Shown: positions 22,570 through 33,890 of the stretch, piece after piece
Layout of the letters: the number at the start of each line of letters is the position of its first letter
Numbering within the stretch: the stretch's first letter is position 1
The notes under the pieces: model-generated
What the model saw: the letters and a program-made list of their open reading frames with translations, nothing else
What the model was told of the DNA's origin: nothing
Database searches by the model: none
Translations under genes and position numbers: made by a program
Source: Octopus bimaculoides
Lineage: Eukaryota
Length of the DNA: 45,591 nucleotides
Assembly: GCF_001194135.2 (NCBI RefSeq)
Contig: NC_068982.1
Span: 99,612,339 to 99,657,929 of the forward strand
Direction: 5' to 3'

Positions 22570-23200
22570 TATTCTAGAATGTTGCCAGGCGCTCACTGCA
22601 TTGTACAAGCTACCCAAAATCGTTAGCGGGAAAACAACCCAAGATTTCTAGAGGGGGCTAGTTGAGGATACGAGTGATGATGGCCTAGGATTGAATCAAC
22701 AAGAACAGTCTGAGTAGTCTTTTCCAGAGGACCTTCGGATCGAAGATCATGGACAATTTCCAAAACTCTTTGGCTTGACAGTGCTACTGAGGGGCATTGC
22801 CTGTTCCAGACAAGCTCTTCAGGCATGGAAGTACCAACAGGCAAACCTGCCCGAGATGCTTGCAGGGGGACGAAACTGTCCTATATGCAATAATTCAGTG
22901 TCGGTGCATTACAGAGTTGTGGGATTGTATGGAGTAGCTGTTGTTGCGTGTAAGGCGAATTCAGCTGTCCGCCGAGTGTATAGTGAAGATCGACGCACCA
23001 CCTTCCCTTAGCAGAGAAGGAAGGCAGATCTTTCTCTGTTTAGTATCTCTAGCAAAAGAGGCTGTGTGGTGGACCCGTCTGAAATGTTTGAAGACAGACA
23101 CATTCCTATCTGGCTAAGCTCTCATCAATTTCATCAAATATCATTTGAAGAGGAAGGTGAGGGTAGAGAAGGAGGTGTTACCTTCTAGTGTGTTTATCAA
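22570..23200 (-). mobile_element. Possible very old APE-type LINE RT fragment
   Basis: SVALSSQRVLEIVHDLRSEGPLEK...ILGHHHSYPQL loosely resembles PISLLS..K.LE.IIHDRL..HLE...GFRPHHS..QL; weak. Confidence 0.3.
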
Positions 23201-23512
23201 AAGGTGGTCGACAGCGGCAAGACTGGCGAGACTGAATGGATCTACTCTAAATATGTTTTTTCTGAGCAAGAGGATAGAAACTGGAAAAGAGCTATTTCCC
23301 ATGCCTTGAAGATAGAAGAGTAATCCAGGATTTTGTGTGGGGTTTACTCCTGATTGCTCTAAATGGACTGCCCTGTTATTGGGGATTCTATTTATTTATC
23401 TATTTATTATTTATTTCTCTGCTTTCTATTATATATCTTCTGTTATATTCTTTAATGCGGTAGTATCTTCCCTTGACTGATGCTAACTCAAAATGTTTTT
23501 GTTTTTGTAAAT

Positions 23513-23745
23513 TAAGGTAGTGAGCTGGCAGAAACGTTAGCACGCCGGGCGAAATGCTTAGCAGTACTTCGTCTGCTGTTACGTTCGGAGTTCAAATTCC
23601 GCCGAGGTCGATTTTGCCTTTCATCCTTGCGGGGGGTCAATAGATTAAGTATCAGTGAAAGACTGGTTCGATGCAATCAAGTATCCTTTCCCTAAAAATT
23701 TCAGGCCTTTTGCCTATAATAGAAAGGATTACTATTATTATTATT
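23513..23745 (+). mobile_element. SINE family A with (ATT)n tail
   Basis: gagctggcagaaacgttagcacgccgggcgaaatgc head; tail aaatttcaggcctttt...agaaaggatt(att)n shared with 11962-12152. Confidence 0.88.
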
Positions 23746-24071
23746 GTTCAGTAGTTTTATTTTTATAACGTGCTTTCACTTCACTACCGAGCGCAGCTCT
23801 GTGCGCCTTGAGTATGTGCTGTGGTTTGCTGTGGTGCTCTTATGTTTACTGTATTGAAAGTGTTTTGCGTAGAATGTGTGCAGTACCCAGTAGTGCAATT
23901 TTCTGTATGTTATATATATTTGTAAGTCCTGGTATTTTTGTTATGTATTTGTCTGAATATTTTTTTATTATACCTAAGGCACCTACTATGATAGGAATTG
24001 TTTCTGTTTTTAGATTCCACATTCGAGTTATCTCTATTTCCAGGTCTTTGTATTTTGAAAGTTTTTCCATT
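23746..24071 (-). mobile_element. R4/Dong LINE 3' end
   Basis: ORF 23846-24070 EKLSKYKDLEIEITRMW...PIIVGALG...QKIALLGTAHILRKTLSIQ*, plus a 3' UTR matching 20824-20905. Confidence 0.9.
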
Positions 24072-24459
24072 NNNNNNNNNNNNNNNNNNNNNNNNNNNNN
24101 NNNNNNNNNNNNNNNNNNNNNNNNNNNNNNNNNNNNNNNNNNNNNNNNNNNNNNNNNNNNNNNNNNNNNNNNNNNNNNNNNNNNNNNNNNNNNNNNNNNN
24201 NNNNNNNNNNNNNNNNNNNNNNNNNNNNNNNNNNNNNNNNNNNNNNNNNNNNNNNNNNNNNNNNNNNNNNNNNNNNNNNNNNNNNNNNNNNNNNNNNNNN
24301 NNNNNNNNNNNNNNNNNNNNNNNNNNNNNNNNNNNNNNNNNNNNNNNNNNNNNNNNNNNNNNNNNNNNNNNNNNNNNNNNNNNNNNNNNNNNNNNNNNNN
24401 NNNNNNNNNNNNNNNNNNNNNNNNNNNNNNNNNNNNNNNNNNNNNNNNNNNNNNNNNNN

Positions 24460-24500
24460 ATTACTATTATTGTTGTTGTTTTTTTCTGTTGTTGTTGTTG

Positions 24501-24568
<68 letters not shown>
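24460..24568. repeat. (TTG/TTA)n tract
   Basis: Direct reading. Confidence 0.95.
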
Positions 24569-24709
24569 GAGTGAGAGAGCAGTGCATGCCATCAAAGTTA
24601 CACTGAGGTCAAATATACGAAGCCCAGTATACCCATCACGACTACCCGTCTGACAAGGGTACACCAGGCATATTTATCACAATCATATATGCTCGACATG
24701 ATGATCTCT
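24569..24709 (-). mobile_element. TAA-associated repeat, copy 3 (3' end only)
   Basis: Aligns with 3213-3358; TTA tracts on both sides. Confidence 0.75.
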
Positions 24710-24721
24710 ATTATTATTATT

Positions 24722-25192
24722 TAGTAGTCTGATTTTTATCAGGTGCTTTCATTGCACTAACGAGTGCAGTTCTATGTGCCTTGGGTATATACTGTGGTTT
24801 GTTGTAGTGCTCTTAATTTCACTGTACTGAAAGTGCTTTGCGTAGGATGTGCGCGGTGCCTAGTAGTGCTATTTTCTGTATGTTATATACATTTGTAAGT
24901 CCTGGTGTTTTGGTTATCTATTTATCTGAATGTTTTTTATCACATCTACTTTTATAGGAATTGTTTCTGTTTTTAGGCTCCATATTCGAATTTCCTCTAT
25001 TTCCAGATCTTTGTATTTTGAGAGTTTCTCCGTTCTTTTAGAGATACATTGTCATATGTTGATATTGGTACATCGATTAGGAGGCATTTTCTTTTCATGG
25101 TGATCTCTGACAACTACATCTGGTCCATTAACCTTGATTTCTTTTTGTGTGTGTATTGGCATATCCCTTAGTACGGTTGCTTTCTTTTTCTT
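24722..25192 (-). mobile_element. 5'-truncated R4/Dong LINE (RLE plus 3' UTR)
   Basis: TVLRDMPIHTQKEIKVNGPDVVVRD...KYKDLEIE...QKIALLGTAHILRKAL; TAA tracts at both ends. Confidence 0.88.
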
Positions 25193-25799
25193 CTTATTAT
25201 TATTACTATTATTGTTGTTGTTTNNNNNNNNNNNNNNNNNNNNNNNNNNNNNNNNNNNNNNNNNNNNNNNNNNNNNNNNNNNNNNNNNNNNNNNNNNNNN
25301 NNNNNNNNNNNNNNNNNNNNNNNNNNNNNNNNNNNNNNNNNNNNNNNNNNNNNNNNNNNNNNNNNNNNNNNNNNNNNNNNNNNNNNNNNNNNNNNNNNNN
25401 NNNNNNNNNNNNNNNNNNNNNNNNNNNNNNNNNNNNNNNNNNNNNNNNNNNNNNNNNNNNNNNNNNNNNNNNNNNNNNNNNNNNNNNNNNNNNNNNNNNN
25501 NNNNNNNNNNNNNNNNNNNNNNNNNNNNNNNNNNNNNNNNNNNNNNNNNNNNNNNNNNNNNNNNNNNNNNNNNNNNNNNNNNNNNNNNNNNNNNNNNNNN
25601 NNNNNNNNNNNNNNNNNNNNNNNNNNNNNNNNNNNNNNNNNNNNNNNNNNNNNNNNNNNNNNNNNNNNNNNNNNNNNNNNNNNNNNNNNNNNNNNNNNNN
25701 NNNNNNNNNNNNNNNNNNNNNNNNNNNNNNNNNNNNNNNNNNNNNNNNNNNNNNNNNNNNNNNNNNNNNNNNNNNNNNNNNNNNNNNNNNNNNNNNNNN

Positions 25800-28350
25800 A
25801 CAAGCCTGGCTCTATTGTCATGGCGTCTCTTATATTCCTTCTGGGCTAGTGGCGTACATTGGCTGGTAATATGCCATACGGTTTCACCGTGTTGTCCACA
25901 GATTCTGCACTTATCACTTTCTGCTGTGTTGTCTATTCTGTATTTTATGTAGGTTGTTCTTAGTGCTTGCTCTTGGGCAGCACAGATTAGAGTTTCCGGT
26001 TTTAAATCACTTTTAGTCATCCACGACCATCTTTTTTCTCCCTCTGTCTTATCTTCAACATCCCTATGAAATTGACCATGCATTTTTTTCTTTACCCACC
26101 TATTTTCAGTTTCATTCGTTTAAAATTTGTTGTATAGTGCTTTATCTTTGCAATCTTTCATCTTACACAAGCTTGACCTTCTTACTTCTAATAATAGCGG
26201 TTCTGCGGCATTTTTTACATACCATGCTATGTTGTTTTCTTCTGATATAATGCTGTGTTCGCATCCAATAAGTCCTCTTCCCCCTCTTTTTCTTGGTACA
26301 TATAGTCTGTCTGTATCACTTTTTGGGTGGAGTGACCCATATCTAGTTAGCAACTTACTTGTCTTTCTGTCTGAGCTGTTTAGTTCATATACTGTCCACA
26401 CGAGTACCCCTGCTCCATATCTAAGGAGTGAAACCTTCATGGTGTTGATAGCTTCGATCTTATTCCGTCCATTTAATTTCGACTTTAGGATCAGTCTCAG
26501 TCTGCGCAAGTACACCACCTTAAATTTTTCTGTCATTTCTTTCTCCATCAATTTATACATTTCCAAGATCCCCAAGTACTTATAGCCCGTCTCTTCTATC
26601 TGCTTCATAACCTCTCCCGACGGTATCATTAGCCCGTCCATAAATTTGATTTTGCCTCTCTTCAAGACTAACACACCACACTTTCTCAGTCTAAACTCTA
26701 TTCCGATATCAGCACTGAAGGTATACACCGTATCAACGAGGGAACTGACTTGGGCTTCATCTTTGCCATAAAGTTTGAGGTCATCCATGAATAACAAATG
26801 GTTGACTTTTTGTTGGCAGCTTTTGAATACATATCCAGCATTTGCTTTCCTTAGAATCAGTGTTAGTGGTATCATGCACAGTACAAAGATCAGTGGGGAC
26901 AGGCAGTCCCCTTGGAAGATGCCTCTCCTAATTTCTACTGTCCCTATGTTTCTTCCGTATGCTGTCAGATCCGTCCTCCAATTCACCATACTTTTTCCAA
27001 GCAATCACTCAACATTCGATGCAATACCAAATAACTTCATACACTCCATAATCCAAGAATGTGGGACCATATCGTACGCCTTACGATAGTCGATCCATGA
27101 CATGGCTACGTTACTTTTCCTCCTCCTGCAGTCTCTAAGTACAGTTTTGTCTATCAGAAGTTGATCCTTGGTACCTCTGCACTTGCGCTTGCAACCCTCT
27201 GCTCATGTGGCAGGACTCCATTTTTTCCCAAGTGTTCGAACATTGACTCTGCGAGTATTCCAGTCAATAACTTCCTCATAAGTGGCAAACAGGATATCGG
27301 CCTGTAATTATCTACCGTATTGCCTTTTTCGGTGTTTTTCAAGCACAGCACTGTCCTACCCAATGTCAACCACTCTGGTATTACTTGGTCGGCATTTAAC
27401 AAGGTGTTGAATTGCGTAGCTATTCGTACTTGACATTCAACCAATCTTTTGATCCAGTTGCCTTGAACTCCATCTGATCCCGGGGTCTTCAACTTGCCTA
27501 TTTTTTGCTGATTTCCTTCACTTCCCTAACTGAAATGACTAGTTCAGCCTGTTTTGGACAGACTAAAGTTTGTTTCAGTTCTTGCAACCATTCAGCATCC
27601 TTCTTGTGCTCCTTGTCTTTGCTCCAGATGTCACTCCAAAACCTTTGACTTTCGATGTTATCTGGTATTTACTTTTCATCTGTACACTCTCCATTTATTT
27701 CTTTATAGAATCTCTTCTGATCTACTCTGAATAATCTATTCTATGGTAACCCTTCATTCTTTGATCGTATTTTACCATCTTTGCTTTCTTTGCGACGAGG
27801 CGCTGTGTCAGTTCCTCCATTACTACTTTCAGGGCCTTTCTTTCAATATTATACTTCCTCTTCAGTACCCCGTATTTTTGTTCGCTTTTAAGCTCCCCAT
27901 TCTCTTTTCGGTCTAACACAGAGATTTCCTTCGAGAGCATGTCTAACCCTGCCTGGATTCTTATTTTCTACCATGAATTTTTCTTTTGCTACTCCCATTA
28001 TGTTCCTTTTTCTTGACATCAACACCCACGTTTTCTACTACAACAATATTTGCTGCCTTGATCAAATTATTTGTTCCTGTGATGTTGTTTGTGCTGATGT
28101 ATTTCAGAATTTCATTGACATTTTTCGTTTCTTGGTCCAATTTCCATCGATCAACCTCTCTAAGGTTGCAAATAATGTCGCTATCGTTTTCCTGTATTCT
28201 TAACTATATTCTGTCGTAGATCGTTTTTGTTCATTTGTCATGTCGCCATTAGTTTAATTGTCTTCTTTTAGATCCTCTACATGTCTCTCATCAAGTAAGC
28301 TACCACTGCTCCTTCCCTGTGCTATGAGATTACCCTAATTAATAAGAACT
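25800..28350 (-). mobile_element. R4/Dong LINE: RT plus CCHC knuckle, 5'-truncated
   Basis: KTPGSDGVQG...NYRPISCLPLM; GIFQGDCLSPLIFVLCMIPL...HLLFMDDLKLYGK...YKYLG...DTDRLYVPRKRGGRGL; CRICGQHGETVWHITSQC...EYKRRHD. Confidence 0.93.
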
Positions 28351-28359
28351 GTATTATCA

Positions 28360-28362
28360 TTG

Positions 28363-28461
<99 letters not shown>

Positions 28462-28462
28462 T
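28360..28462. repeat. (TTA)n tract between two R4 copies
   Basis: Direct reading. Confidence 0.97.
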
Positions 28463-28857
28463 ACTTCTTTGCACAGCTTCTAACGCTGGAGATGTACTAC
28501 AGTGTCAACTGTTCACTACCAGTGATCTAAGCTAACATCCTTTATTTTCCGAACACCATCCGGAGTATTTGAACGGTTCCAAGCAGTGCTGTTTTCTGCA
28601 AGTGCTCCACCCTTATTGCAGCCCCTATTTGTTCCATGCACTTCTCAATGTTTTTCCTCACTGTTCCCAGGGCTCCGACAATTATTGGCATTACTACCAC
28701 CTTTTTCATAGACCACAACTGCTCATCCTCCCAAGCTAACCAGTTATATCTATTAACTTTTCTTTCTTCCTTATTGTATACCTTGTTGTCAGCTGGGCAT
28801 GCTATATCTATGATTCACCATCGTTTGCTTTCTTTCTCAATTAACACTGTGTCTGGT
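28463..28857 (-). mobile_element. R4/Dong LINE 3' end (distinct lineage)
   Basis: PDTVLIEK...IIDIACPAD...VGALGTV...LQKTALLGTVQILRMVFGK*. Confidence 0.87.
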
Positions 28858-29168
28858 GTCTATTGCCGAACCACTAAGTTACGGGGGCGTAAACACACCA
28901 ACATAGGTTGTCAAGCGATGGTGGTGGGACAAACCCACACAAATGCGTACNNNNNNNNNNNNNNNNNNNNNNNNNNNNNNNNNNNNNNNNNNNNNATATA
29001 TATATATATATACGACGGGCTTCTTTCTGTCTACCAACTCATCTCACAAGGCTATGGCCGGCCCGAGGCTATAGTAGAAGACACTTGCCCAAGGTGCCAC
29101 GCAGTGGGACTGAACCCGGAAGTATGTGATTGGGAAGCAACCTTCTTACCACACAGTCACTCCTGTGC
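28858..29168 (-). mobile_element. SINE family B: head, internal microsatellite (gap), tail
   Basis: Head 29168-29011 (tgtgtggtaagaag...ggttcagtccc...ccttgggcaagt), (TA)n plus N gap, tail 28950-28858. Confidence 0.85.
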
Positions 29169-30480
29169 TTATGTTGGAAAAGAAAAATTCCTAACATCGG
29201 GCTACAACAAGTAACCTTAGATGCCAGGAACCCTCCCAATTATCCTAGCTGTCCCTAATAACACTGTTTTCTGGAGCTGTACTAAACTGGGTTTTATGCC
29301 TATTTCCTGTATTCATCTGTTCAAATCTTTAGGATTAGTTCCTAATGCACCTATAACTACTGGGATGCATTTTATCTGTATTTTCCATAGTCTCTGTAAA
29401 TCAATAGCTAGGTCCTGGTACTTTGCTACTTTCTCTATACCTCTCATATTAATTTTCTCATTATTTGAGACAGTAAAGTCGATTATCTGGCACTTTCTAT
29501 TCTTTTTATCTACTACTACTACTAAATGTTGTCTTTTCTTGTATTCTTTCTTTGCCAGCATGCTACATTCACTTACTATATGAGTAACACTTCCTCAGTT
29601 GATTTGCCTACATTGGGAATCTATTTGGTTTTTGTCTATCTTGGCTTTTATCCAATTAGTCCTTAAGGCTTGATCATGTGCTGCTACTAACAAATTTTCT
29701 GTCTCCCTTTTCTACCTTTCTTTCTGCAATCATAACCATATCTCACTACTCCTATTTCCTGCTACTATCTTTGGGAATCTATCATGCAAAGCCTTCTCTT
29801 GTCAGTCAGATAACTCTGGTTCATTTGACTTCTTGGTTTCCTTATGTCCTGTTGTAATTCTAGCTTTTAAACTTTCTTCGCTATTACCTATATAAGAGGC
29901 CATACCTACTCTAGCTAACTCCACGCAGTATTCTGCTGGTATTAACCTTCTTCCACCTTCCTTTCTAGTTAGTTTAATCTTGCTACTCCTGCCCTTGGGT
30001 GGAGTCCTTCATTCATATTGAATTCCTTCCTAGTTCTTCTGTCTAGCTTTGCTAATTCAGATTTTGCCCAATCTACAAAAACTGCTGAATATCTAAATAA
30101 CGATACTACTCAAGTATTTTTAGCCTTCACTAAATTCGGACCATTTAGCTTTAACTTCATTAGCTTCTTCATCCTTTTGATGTACTCCTCAATTTTCGTT
30201 TTCATTTATATAGTTAGTACTCTGTCAGATTCTTATACGCCTAGATACTTATAACTCTCTCCTCCTCTCAATGATCTTAATGTCTGGCCATCTGGTAATT
30301 GGATGCCTTCACTGTTAACTACCTGTTCCCTTTTCCTAATTAATGTTGTACACTCATCTATGCTAAATTCCATGCTTGTATCTTTGAAATTACGAAATCT
30401 CTTTTTCATTTCATTCTTACTAAAAAGCTTCAGATCATTCAAATGGTTAATTTTTCTTCTACCATTTCTGAACTGGTAAC
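29169..30480 (-). mobile_element. R4/Dong LINE 3' portion with deletions (distinct lineage)
   Basis: HLNDLKLFSKNE...YKYLG; IIDFTV...KYQDLAIDL...IPVVIGALG; LQKTVLLGTARIIGRVPGI*. Confidence 0.85.
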
Positions 30481-30481
30481 C

Positions 30482-30483
<2 letters not shown>

Positions 30484-30534
<51 letters not shown>
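30484..30534. repeat. (TTA)n tract directly upstream of a candidate splice acceptor
   Basis: ...ttattattatAG at 30535-30536. Confidence 0.95.
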
Positions 30535-30535
<1 letters not shown>

Positions 30536-30536
30536 G

Positions 30537-30610
30537 GAAAATTACAGAAATACCTATGAAACCGAAGTGCGATTCAGAAACGAAAGAAAACAGGATCCAA
30601 CCGCTTCCAA
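30537..30610 (+). CDS. Candidate internal exon (ENYRNTYETEVRFRNERKQDPTAS), phase-compatible with 19433-19522
   Basis: AG at 30535-30536 and AA|GTAAGT donor at 30611; 74 nt with an open phase-0 frame (a second frame is also open). Confidence 0.45.
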
Positions 30611-31149
30611 GTAAGTATGACATTCTGGTGTTGTTATGTTAGAGAATGCTTTATAGTAGGTCTGACAAAATATTTGTTGTCACGATATAGTATAGATTTC
30701 ATTTTATAAGAGAAGTGTATGTTTACAAATGTTTTCTAGAAAATACAGTATTGTATATAGTTGACAGTATTTTGTTGGTGTACATCATGGTTTCCATCAG
30801 GGAGTTCTGTGACTTTCTGTGTTTAAATATCACTCAAGAATTTGGTTGCTTTTCAGTAATTGTAGATAAAGTTACCCTGAAGTAGTACCTTTATTCATAC
30901 CCACATGCGAACTTAACTGTTAGCATTGCAAGCTAACAACTGCTTCCATAAATGACAGCGACAAGATTGCTTAAGGATCTAGTCATGAAGAATGGGCTGT
31001 TTCCAAGGCATTTGTAGGCTTTCTGAGACTCGGGTGATTGATGTTATTGATGTTCGTCTGCAGGAAAATGTTGGGAGAGAAGGAAATTCTAGTGGGTTTA
31101 CACTAGAATGTATACTAGCTGAGTGCTGGTACAGTCCCCTTCTCCCTCC

Positions 31150-31184
31150 CTTTTTCTCTCTCTTTCCCTCCCTCTCTCTCTCTC

Positions 31185-31217
<33 letters not shown>

Positions 31218-31225
31218 TTCTCTCC
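31150..31225. repeat. (CT)n microsatellite
   Basis: Direct reading. Confidence 0.9.
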
Positions 31226-32387
31226 CAGTTGTAACATTTTTGATGTTCTGCTAGTTGAGAGAGTCGAAAAGGTTTCTATGATACATGTTACCAAGACATA
31301 CTTGTTTGCAGGTGACGGTTGGCTGCACTGCACTGTACTTTTTTTTTACTTTCTCAGAAGTATCAAAACTTTTCGTTAGCACGGCTCCTGTGAGAAGATA
31401 CACAGGATGGTGATTAGAGTATGTTGGACGTGTGTGTCGGATGAGATTGAATGAAGCATTATGTTACCTAGTTTTGAGGAGTAGAGGTCAATGTAGTAAA
31501 GCCAGAAAAAGAAGAGGGAGGAAACAGTGTGTCTGTGAGGTGATGGAATGAGTGTATTTATGAGTAGGATGAATCTAGAATGTCTGAGTAGGACCAGTAT
31601 TCCATCACGGATCTCACTCGAATTTTGTTGACAGCAGTTCTTGGAAGCTTAAGTATGTTCTACCCATGAAGAGGAAAGCCAGTCTTTGGGATATAATCTT
31701 TATGTTATCAATGTGAGAGCGTGACGAGTGATCATGGCTTATTGATAGGTCTATCCTTCATGACAGCTTAGGAGTTTATTTCCATCACTTTTTGAAATAT
31801 AGGAATTGAGAGTGATAGGTCAATAGTTGGCAGAAAAAAAGAAGCTTTTCTTTTTGACAAGGGAACAAGAGGACCGGCTGTAGTTTGAAAATTTTCAGTC
31901 TCTGTCATGCACATCTTCTGCCTCGTGGAAGATAGTTCTGCAACAGATTCTCGGGTAAATGTTTCCAAGGTGGTAGAGGTAAGTGATTTATTTGTTGCAT
32001 GACATGTTATTCGCCTATAAGGTTGTAGTGCAATTTCGAAGGCGTATGCTTGTACACAAAGGTATTATGAAGTGTCCGGACACTAGTATTGCAGTAGTAC
32101 TGCTTATAGTTAGTATTATTCTCTGTTTTCACTTACTTCTGTCAATAGCTCTCTTTGTAAGGGTGAAGGGAAAAGCTGAATGCGTTAAGTCCCATTTTGC
32201 AAATACGCAACATTTCTACCACAAATGTTCTTATAAGTGGTCGCAAAAAATACTGCAATAATATATCCTGGATGTGTATGTATTAAAATTGAAGACTAAG
32301 AAACAAGCAGCTAAGTGGTAGGGAAATTCTTTTTGCTGGGAGCTGGAACCAATTACACGTCTAGTAAAATTTATGAAGATGCAACTA

Positions 32388-33035
32388 TTTTGAGACAAAT
32401 GTTCGTTTAGTTTAAAAAGTTCCCATTAAATTATTGTTTGAAGTTGAAGGCTTAAACCATGTTTTCCGGTTGGCTTTTAGTGGTGCTTTGAAACAGTAAA
32501 CGCTTGTCCAAAAATGGCGAAAAAGAAAACAGGACTACATTACAAGACTGCAAACCCTGTTTCGCCTTCTCATTAATAGAGAGGGGTGGAACATAAATTA
32601 TCTAATATTTTGGTGTAGGTTGACTGAGAGTATTCCATACTTCTGTGAAGTAGATGTGCTGATTCCATACTTCTGTGAGACAGATGTAATTAATTCAAAT
32701 TCCAGATGAGCGGATGAGTTAAAAACTGAAAATTTGGAAAATGTTATTTTCAAGCGACCACATTGAAGACTCTCTCATTTCGTCTGCTTATTCAACAGGC
32801 ACTAACACATGCGTGGCATGGGGTGACGCATTGATTTAAAAACAAAAACCTCAATCTTCAAAAGACAATTTTTTTTCGGGGATTTGGCATATTGAGCGAC
32901 CATATTTAGACTTCACTTGATTCGCCTGAAGGCTTGACTAACATCATACATGAGGAAATGAACGGTCTAGTTTAAACAGGAACGTTGGCAAGTGAGTACG
33001 CCGAGAGCCGGAAGTGGGAGAAAAGGACGTTAAAT
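32388..33035 (+). repeat. Unclassified dispersed repeat, copy 1
   Basis: Collinear diverged match to 36922-37575 (aaaagttcccattaaatta...gatgagttaaaaactgaaaatttgg...gccggaa..ggagaaaagga). Confidence 0.85.
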
Positions 33036-33421
33036 TTTTTTTTTCCATAATCGCAATTCAAAAAAACTGAAAAACGAAAAATTTGAGGGCATTTTCGAAA
33101 GGAAAATCGTAATCTGCAATAGTGAAAAAAAAATTTCGAAGAAATTTTTGAAATCAAAAACAGTTGAGTAAAAAGTCGTGGGTGCGTATTCGACACATCT
33201 ACCCCCGCGATTGTACACACTAACTACTGGTACAGATCACTACATTGCTACTGGTTAAGCTATGTATACATGTATGTTAGCGCGCACGTCTGTATGCGAA
33301 TGGGTGTATACATATATGCACACACATACATATACATTCTCATACACATGCACATATACATAATACATACGTTCATACATACATACATACATACATTCAT
33401 AATATATATATACATACATAC

Positions 33422-33444
<23 letters not shown>

Positions 33445-33457
<13 letters not shown>

Positions 33458-33658
33458 TTCGCTATGATAGATCGCTAGCCACTACATATTCTTTATTTTC
33501 TCTCCTTGTTTCTGTCTGTGTTCCTTTCTGTGGAGGAGCGTAGACTCGAAACGGTAAAGACTTTTTCACTTCCGGAGCGTTAAACTAATACATCTGTTTG
33601 TTGTCTACACCACCAGTCTTCGCCTTTTGTTTTTTTGTGAATTCTATCCCCCCCCCAC

Positions 33659-33660
<2 letters not shown>
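33445..33660 (+). mobile_element. Penelope-like terminal repeat fragment between TA microsatellites
   Basis: ctgtggaggagcgtagactcgaaacgg resembles the CTGANGA..stem..GAAAC motif of PLE termini; no RT is visible. Confidence 0.4.
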
Positions 33661-33715
<55 letters not shown>

Positions 33716-33890
33716 TATATTTGTATGTATATCACAAGCGACTCCAGATCATCAGCGTCACTCGGGCTCATCACAGATTGCGTATAAGACACGTACAGAA
33801 AAAAGTAAGAGACGTAATGCACACCGCAGACTTATATGTGCACTGTTCATTTAACAATAAGACAGGAATGCAATTTTAATATAAAAAAAA

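Noticed and set aside
25052-26083. A single continuous R4 ORF across the gap
   Set aside because: A TAA tract and a 576-N gap separate the parts, longer than the ~40 codons expected; they are probably two insertions, though unresolved.
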